From NCBI RefSeq assembly GCF_964204645.1, contig NC_134033.1, forward strand, positions 5,232,231 to 5,296,230: a stretch of 64,000 nt of DNA, in the 5' to 3' direction. Below the pieces are notes generated by a model. The model was not told the origin of the DNA, made no database searches, and was given only the letters and a program-made list of their open reading frames with translations. This document shows, piece after piece, positions 40,303 to 64,000 of this stretch (position 1 is the stretch's first letter; each line of letters begins with the position of its first letter). The position numbers were made by a program, and so were the translations under genes. Source of the stretch: Tubulanus polymorphus. Lineage: Eukaryota > Animalia > Nemertea.

Positions 40303-40572
40303 AGGGGCCGGTTCCAGGGCTCAATACCAAAAGTGGTCTTAAATCTTAAGACTGGTCTTACGTTTCTTAGATTGGCTATAGAACTAAGTTGGTCTTAGAA
40401 CAATCTTATGTCTAAGCCCTGACTATGGAACCAGGGGCCGGTTGCAGTCATGGCTTAGACTTAAGACCAGTCTAGGACCAACTTTGTTCTATAGCCAATC
40501 TAACAACTTAAGACCAGTCTTAAGATTTAAGACTACTTTTGGACTTAAGTCATGACTGTGCAACTGGCCCCA
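40303..40572. mobile_element. Two adjacent, oppositely oriented ~135-bp MITEs (TIR GGGGCC[AG]GTT[GC]CA, cag flanks; Harbinger-like)
   Basis: caggggccggttgca...tgcaactggccccag. The internal ttaagaccagtct motif also forms arrays at 41230-41360, 44036-44190 and 55410-55730. Confidence 0.6.
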
Positions 40573-41364
40573 GATTTTTAATCGCAAGGATGATTCACTT
40601 ATTATATGTGCATAAAATCTCAATTTCCTTTCTAACCCCCTGTATCAATCAGTACCTAATTCGTATACAATTAATCAATGATCCTTTCACTATTATCCAA
40701 TCTACGAAATGGCGCCCTGAGCATTGATTTTTATTCATCATCGTATACATTGTATATACATTGTATTAAAAATACATAAAGAGATCCTCTTTATGTATTT
40801 TTGATTGTATTGAAAAACTAAATCATCTCATCGGGTATTAATGAACAAAACTAACTCATCTCAATTTTCATAATCTCGAAAACTAAACTAAATGCTTCTT
40901 AATCTAATACTATCTCTAGATATTTTGGCATCTAAAAGCTTGATCGAATAACGACGCGAGTTTCAATTCTAACCCAACTCCAGCAACCGTGCATCGCCTC
41001 CACGTCTTCAAAAGCAACTAGTCAACGCTAGTAATTATTGAGATTCATTTGCCTCCAGCGATAATTATATTTTTCAGCACGCGTATAATTTCAAACTAAC
41101 GTTCGAAGCTAAGTTCGAGTGACTAAAACGATAATATGGTACAAAATATAGGCCTAATAAAATGTATTCCTGAGAAAAAAGAAAACATAACATCGTTTAT
41201 ATAGAGGGCTCAGATACACAACCGAAAAGCATTTAAGACCAGTTTTAGCTAACCACTGCAACCACTTGATGCCAGTTTTAGCTTCTATGACCAATATGAC
41301 AACTTAAGACCAGTCTAAGCTCATTATGGTTCTATAGTCAATGTAACGACTTAGACCAGTTTAA

Positions 41365-44035
41365 AACCCTGGGACGCCCACCGTCCCATATATGGAACAC
41401 CCCCTTCAACCCCCCTTTAAAAAAAATTGTGTGAAGATTTGATCGAATTATAATATTTTGCTACCACTTCTGCCCGGTGTCCCACCCGCGGCACACGAAC
41501 AGAAGCTGGTTGCGACATCTTCCGTCTGTGCAGTGCATTCAACATGGCCGCGCCCATGAAATTGGGATGACGCAAATTCGAATCAAAATTATCGTGAAAA
41601 TTTCGCATGGAATCAGGTAATTAGACCACTTTTGTAATGTTATTTTACTAAAACAAATAATAAAGAATAATTAGAGTCATTGTTATCGGGTGTAGCTGAT
41701 AAAGTGAAGTGTGTAAAGCCGATGTTTTAGTGGTGTCCCACCCGTGGAACACCGGGCAGAAATGTTTGGTGTCAGCATGATTGATAAGATTTTTTGTATG
41801 GAACTTTTTGGGTTTGTATGGACTGCAGCACTATGATTTAGCCTTTTTATGCCCTCATGGCTAATGTTTTGATTCTTTTCTGTATTTTTAGTGATTTGGT
41901 GAATACTTGAGTCTCATCATGAAAAACCATGTCTAGACAAAATAAAAAAGCATTCAGTTTGGTTCAAGTTCTGGATGTAATTGATGACGACGATAGTGAT
42001 TTTGGCAATGACCCTGAATCTGATGATGATGATGGCTGGGGCAGCGATGATGATTATGACGGAAATGCAGGGGAATCTGATATTGATAGCGACGATGGTG
42101 ATGAGGATGCCGATGGCGAAAGCGATGACGATGTTCCGCTTGCTCAATTAGCTGGTGTGAGTCAGGTAGTGAGCCGTACAAAAACTGATTGTAAGTGGGT
42201 AAAAAAAAAATTCACACCTCCAGTTATAAACTTTACTGGCCCAGCCGTTGAACCTATATGCCGTGGGGTTGAACTTGAGACGCCGTTGTGGTATTTTAGC
42301 CAGTTCATAACGAGGGACATGTTAGATTTGATTGTGGAAAATACAAATTTATATAGTGCACAAGTATTAGGCCCAGATAAATCGGTAAATACAAACTACA
42401 AAGAGATTGAACTATTCCTAGGAATTTATTTGAGAATGGGTCTAATACAGTTGAGATCTGTTCGCATGTATTGGGAAGTGAATCTTCGCATCCCGTTTAT
42501 CGCAGATGTGATGCCGCGAAATAGGTTCGAGACCTTGCAGCGGTATTTACACTTTGTCAATAATGAAGCTGTAACGGATGATATGAAGAAAAATAAAGTG
42601 TGGAAGTTGCAGCCATTTATTGATAAATTTCGACAACAATGTCTTCTCGTGACTCCAGAACAGTACCAGTGCGTTGACGAGCAAATGATCAGCTATAAAG
42701 GGAAGTTTAGTGGAATTCGTCAATATATCCGAGGAAAACCTCATCCGTGGGGGTTCAAAATGTGGGCCAGGTGCGGTAGCGATGGCTTTTTACATGATTT
42801 CGAGATGTATCAAGGAAAAAATAGTGCCGAACAACGGGTTGATTCTCTTGGAACTCATATTGTCTTCAAACTATGCCAATCCCTTGCCGATAACTGTGGT
42901 TATATAGTTTTTGCTGATAACCTGTTCACCTCATTACAACTTTTGTTGAAGTTGGTACAACGCGGAATTTATTATGTTGGTACAGTTAGGGCAAATCGTG
43001 TTAGTGGTTGTCCACTCAAAACCGATAATCAGCTGAAAACCAGAGGTGAATATGATTATTATGTAGAGAACAAAGAAAATGTAGTATGCTGTCGCTGGAA
43101 GGACACAAAGGCGGTAACTTTGATGTCAACGTATGTAGGACCTGAACCGTTAGACAAATGTAAACGATGGGATAAGACTGCCAAAGCCTATAAGGAGATC
43201 AGTCGGCCATTCATGGTAAAAGAGTATAATAACCACATGGGTGGTGTAGATATGCTAGACGCATATTTGGCTAAATGTAAATTTCGTATGAGAACGAAAC
43301 GATGGTATACCATATTGTTTTGGAATTATGTTAGTATAGCTTGTATCAATGCATGGCTACTTTATAAGCGCGATGCAAATCTCCTTGGTACGCCCAGTAA
43401 AATAAAACTCCGCGTATTTCAAACTCAGGTAGCAAAAGCATTAGTTACATGTGGCATGGCAAAGAGAAGGGGACGGCCATCGGATGCAGCAGGTTCACCA
43501 TCACAATATGTTCCTCCAAAAATGATACGCGTTTTGCCAGACGTTGACAGCCAATATGATCAGGTTGCTCATTGGCCTGTGAAGGCAGATAAAAGGGCCC
43601 GTTGCGTAGTTTGTAGTTCTAAAACGGACACCAGATGTGAGAAATGTGAAGTTCTCCTTTGTTTTACTGAAAACCGTAACTGTTATAGAGCATATCATAT
43701 AAAATAACTGTAAATTGAGCGATGTCCGAGGTTAGCCGAGGAGTTCATTTATAGCCATTTGTAGTTATTATACAATAGTGGAATAAGAATAAAAGTTGAT
43801 TGATATTATAGCATACATTAGTGGCCTAATTAGTGTTCTTTGTTGAATCAAGTTAAGTATTAGTACAAGTCATAAATGCCCGGTGTTCCATATATGGGAC
43901 AGCTCAGAAAAGTAGGTCATCACCCTTGGTTACCAAAATTTTTGATAGGGATAAACTATTTGCACCATATTTAGGCTAGTCCCAAAGGTATATAATTTTC
44001 AGCAAATTTTTTGGTACTTTGGGCATCCCAGGGTT
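41365..44035 (+). mobile_element. Full-length piggyBac DNA transposon
   Basis: TIRs AACCCTGGGACGCCCA / TGGGCATCCCAGGGTT, flanked by TTAA (41361-41364) and CTAA (44036-44039). Subterminal inverted repeat gtcccatatatggaacac (~41383) / gtgttccatatatgggac (~43882). Contains an intact transposase ORF. Confidence 0.93.
41929..43707 (+). CDS. piggyBac transposase, PGBD3-like, 592 aa, intact
   Basis: Acidic N-terminus; catalytic motifs CVDEQM, FADNLF and GGVDMLD; KPHPWGFKMW; C-terminal cysteine-rich domain CVVC...CEKCEVLLC...CYRAYH. AATAAA at 43788. Confidence 0.95.
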   Translation: MSRQNKKAFSLVQVLDVIDDDDSDFGNDPESDDDDGWGSDDDYDGNAGESDIDSDDGDEDADGESDDDVPLAQLAGVSQVVSRTKTDCKWVKKKFTPPVINFTGPAVEPICRGVELETPLWYFSQFITRDMLDLIVENTNLYSAQVLGPDKSVNTNYKEIELFLGIYLRMGLIQLRSVRMYWEVNLRIPFIADVMPRNRFETLQRYLHFVNNEAVTDDMKKNKVWKLQPFIDKFRQQCLLVTPEQYQCVDEQMISYKGKFSGIRQYIRGKPHPWGFKMWARCGSDGFLHDFEMYQGKNSAEQRVDSLGTHIVFKLCQSLADNCGYIVFADNLFTSLQLLLKLVQRGIYYVGTVRANRVSGCPLKTDNQLKTRGEYDYYVENKENVVCCRWKDTKAVTLMSTYVGPEPLDKCKRWDKTAKAYKEISRPFMVKEYNNHMGGVDMLDAYLAKCKFRMRTKRWYTILFWNYVSIACINAWLLYKRDANLLGTPSKIKLRVFQTQVAKALVTCGMAKRRGRPSDAAGSPSQYVPPKMIRVLPDVDSQYDQVAHWPVKADKRARCVVCSSKTDTRCEKCEVLLCFTENRNCYRAYHIK

Positions 44036-44661
44036 CTAAGCTCATTTTGGTTCTATAACCAATCTAAAGCAATTTTGGTTCTAAAGCCAAACTAACAACT
44101 TAAGACCGAACCTAAGTTCATTTTGCTCTACAACATGAGCTAATTTCGGTTGGTAAAGCTAATGTAACAAAATAATACCAATCTTAAATCCAAGAGTGAA
44201 TTCATATCTGTGTAACTGATCCCTGGTCATCAGTATATTCTACTTTGAATGGTAGGAAAAATTTTTTCTGTGATTTTAAAAGCGTTTTCATCTCTAATTG
44301 GTCGTTCGGCCGAGACATATTTTAAACAGGCCAATCACTGAAGAACGCTCATTGGTTCAAAATATCTGATTCACCCTTATGTAACAAACATGTGACTGAA
44401 GAAAATTTATCACAGGGAGACTTAAAAAGAGGCAACCATCCTTCCTTGAAGGGTCTATTAAACGTTTGAGGTATCACAAAAAAAATATCGTCATTTTGAA
44501 CGCAAACTACTTTTGAACTGGTTTTTCGTTATTTCTTAATGTTCCCTCTTCAAATAAATGTAACAAATTTTCAAGGGTGGTGGGGGGGGTAGAATTTCAC
44601 TTTAAAACAGCCATTTCCACTAGATTTCAAATTGTGTAAACTTAACAAACAACCTACCATA

Positions 44662-45537
44662 CAGGGCTGCCAACCTCTTAAAAGTGCTATTAGTAACAAA
44701 TTGATTATTTTTCTCAGTAACATTTCATTGAAATATGAAAGGAAGTGTTCAAATTAATCAGTAATCAACGGTAAGACCCTCAGTAACATCATTCATAATT
44801 CTGTAGGCCTACAAATTAATCAGTTATCAAGTGGTAAAGACCCTCAGTAACATCACTCATATTTCTGTTCAAATTGATCAGTAATCAACAATAAGACCCT
44901 CAGTAACATCACTAAATTTCTGTTCAAATTGATCAGTAATCAACAATAAGACCCTCAGTAACATCTACATATTTCTGTAGGCCTACAAATGAATCAGTAA
45001 TCAAGGGGGTAAGACCCTCAGTAACATCATTCATATTTCTGTTCAAATTAATCGGTAATCAACAGTAAGACTTTTAGTAACATCTACATATTTCTGTAGG
45101 CCTACAAATGAATCAGTAATCAAGGGGGTAAGACCCTCAGTAACATCATTCATATTTCTGTTCAAATTAATCGGTAATCAACAGTAAGACTTTTAGTAAC
45201 ATCTTTCATATTTCTGTAGGCCTACAAATGAATCAGTAATCAAGGGGTAAGACCCTCAGTAACATCAATCATATTTCTGTTCAAATTAACCAGTTATCAA
45301 CAGTAAGACTTTTAGTAATATCTTTCATATTTCTGTAGGCCTACAAATGAATCAGTAATCAAGGGGGTAAAACCCTCAGTAACATCAATCATATTTCTGT
45401 TCAAATTAACCAGTTATCAACAGTAAGACTTTCAGTAACATCTTTCATATTTCAGTACGCATCAAACGAATCAAACCAGTAATTCTTGTCATAAAATAGT
45501 AACAAATACCGAAGATCACGAACAGTTGGCAGCTCTG
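44662..45537. mobile_element. Non-autonomous TIR element carrying an internal tandem-repeat array
   Basis: TIRs CAGGGCTGCCAAC / GTTGGCAGCTCTG. A 5-bp direct repeat CCATA lies at 44657-44661 and 45538-45542. Internal ~55-62-bp units contain gtaagaccctcagtaacatc..catatttc. Confidence 0.75.
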
Positions 45538-47086
45538 CCATAATATACTCCCTATAATATGTATGTACATCATACTTGTTTTATAGAGGTTGAAGCTGTA
45601 TGTAGTCCCGCTGAAATATACTATTTTAAATCTTGATTGTTGTTATATTGAAAAAAATTGCGTAATCGATGAAGTAACAAATATTTTTTCGATCATCTCA
45701 CAAGGGAACTACGGCACAAAAGGGAATGGCGTCCGCACCACCGACCCCGCCTGGGACGCCTATGACGTTAGACAAAAGATAAGAGAAAAGAATTCTACAT
45801 TTTACGCGAAATTTCGTCGGCATTTTCGCGAAGTAGTAAATAATCCCTGAATTTCGACTACATTCGGCGCGCGATTCTACGAAATCGTACGGTTCTTCGC
45901 GTAATGACTAGAAAACCGTTTCGTAACGATCTCGTACGACGAAACCCGCTTAATCCGGATCAGTTTCAGTTCGGCTACGTCGTCCGAGGCGGATCAGTTT
46001 AACCCTCTCCCGCCATACACGGTTGCGCACACAGTGGGAGCGACTGTATAGCATTTTCCAGTAAATTCGCCTGATCTTCGTAGGTGGTGCTGCCCTCTGA
46101 ATACTTCCTACAATGAGGACTCTACGTTCACCTGGGGCAATCGAGGATTCCACCAGTGGCAAGCGTGGATCCACCAGGTTCGCTAGCAAGCATTTAGACA
46201 GCAACTCTCGGATTTCTTCTCAGATTCAATTAAAATCTAACCATGATTTCTCAAATTCTTTGAATGATGATTAGTAAAATTCAGCTATATATGAACCTAA
46301 AGATCATCTGAGTTTATCAAGAGGAGTGATTTCGCTAATTTTTTATGAGGGAGGCTAAAAATCGAGATGAAAGTTCATTTAACTAGATTTTGAAAGAGTT
46401 GTCGCTCTGATACGCACACCATGTAATGGGATAGCTGGTGGCATGGAGTCCTCATAAATTGATGATTTAAAACAGCGCCGACTAATTCCTACCCTGAAGT
46501 GCTGGAGATAATTTGAAAATTCCACCCCAACGCATTAAATTCATCATATATCCTTATATTCCACAATGAATGCTGCGATCAAGTATACACTGTGATGCGG
46601 TGTATTAGTTGAGTCGATTGCCGATTCATACATCACTGTGCGGTGTAGACGATGTTATTGTGTAAAGAAAACACTGAGCCACAAAAATTCCCAAATACGT
46701 TCGCAGTAACATAGAAAAGGGGCCAGGAAAGGGTTGAACTCTTCTAACAGAATTATCCGAAATCTAATTCGGACATTATTCACTACAGCAGTTAAGAAAA
46801 AAATAAGTAGAAACCAATTTCTTCAACGCGGATTTCTGTATAGTCCGGATCAATTCAATGCAATCGATCTGGATTAAGCGGGTTACGCTGAACTTAGATC
46901 TGATACGTAATTTTCCTTTGCGACTAATCGAGAGATATTCACCCGGTTTCGGAGAGAAGAGAGGCATATTTTTTTTCCCTACGCATCTTTTTTCGTCGCG
47001 ATCGAAATCGTAGAATTTCCCCAGAAACGAAGCGTTCGCCGTCTTCCATCTCACGAGCGCGAGTCCGAAAGAAAAAATACGACTTA

Positions 47087-62840
<15,754 letters not shown>

Positions 62841-64000
62841 GCTCGGCGAGCGATACTCGCGTTATCGAGGACGACGCGAAACGACGCATGTCGCCGCCAT
62901 CGGAAGAAAATTATCTTTAGAAAAAAACTTTCTCGCACTTCCTAAAGATTCTTATACGCGAATTTTTTTTCCTCGTTTTTCGTTTCGTTTTTTTTAAATC
63001 CGGGACTTCAAGAATCCGACAAGCGAATTTGTTGCGACACTACTTACGTCCTATTATCTAATGCAGAACATCGTATACGCGAATTCCTTCCGACTGTTTT
63101 GATATTCTATCTAATCCGTTGCTACAGGAATCCTATACGCGAGATTCTGCTGCAGATGATCTTAATATTTTAAATTTTTTCAAATCCAGGGAATCCGATA
63201 TGCAAGTTTCCGCGTTCGTTTCTACAATCGAGAGCTTCGATAACACAGCGCGAAAAGTATCTCCAATCCCGCACTTCCTCGCTTCGACAATCCTAAGCGC
63301 TTTGACGCTCAAACGCGGATTCAATGAAAATCCTTTTTCCGAAACTACGTCCTCGAAGTCAAATATTTCTGTGCGTAATCTCCGTTCGGTTTAACGCCCG
63401 GGCTACACTGGAAAAGTGATTCTACTCCGAAGCCCCCCAGAACCGGAAAACTGAAAGTTCACTTTTTTCGTATCTATTTACAGATGCTATACAATGTACG
63501 TCGCATCGAAATTTCATCCAAACAGTTGCGTCGAAACGTTCGCAGTTTTTCGTCACTTCCACGCTTGATTCGTACTTCAGAGGCTTCGTCACAAAATCGG
63601 CAGACTTCGACTTCTTAAATTCCGATAATCCGTCGATAGTTTCGTACGAGAAGATCTTCTGTAGTAACGCGGCACAAGCCGAGGAGCGGAAGCTGTTAAA
63701 TACAGAGACACATTTGAAAACCGAACCGTTCTCAAATTCGTTTTTCGAATACGCGTAAATACGGGGGTCCCTACGGCTCGGTCATTCTTTGATAGGCCTA
63801 CAAGAAGTTTTCACGAAAATTAACCCTTTTAGTGTGGGTACACCCAAGTGCGGTGTACGAATCAGTGATGGATTTTGCTAGTACACCGCACTGTGGTGTA
63901 TTAATTTAATTAGTAATTACTAATTATCTCTCTTGAAAGATGGCAGCACCTGTCAAACATAGTGAATTATAAGTAACTAACGATACACCGCGCCATGGTG

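Overview
This is AT-rich animal (invertebrate-like) genomic DNA with GT-AG introns, microsatellites and many MITEs/SINEs; the species cannot be determined from the sequence. Positions ~3.8-37.5 kb hold a cluster of seven paralogous 4-exon genes that the ORF track misses because they only appear after splicing. Six are intact on the minus strand; one is inverted and apparently inactivated on the plus strand. Each intact gene encodes a 79-89 aa secreted precursor: signal peptide / short acidic propeptide ending in R-x-[VI]-R / Gln-initiated Gly-Asn repeat tract / C-terminal P-x-C-Y-N-P-L-T-C-G-stop. I do not recognise this family. Three copies lie in near-identical 5,010-bp tandem units, and each gene has a conserved GATA-TGACG-TATA promoter block. 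A decayed unidentified ORF and class A GPCR remnants are interspersed. At 41.4-44.0 kb is an intact piggyBac (PGBD3-like) element with atypical ends, inserted at a non-canonical site. At 47.1-63.7 kb is a 13-coding-exon PP2A B'' regulatory subunit gene (PPP2R3A/PR130-like, minus strand). Its introns carry satellites, MITEs and two Penelope-type minimal hammerhead ribozyme motifs.
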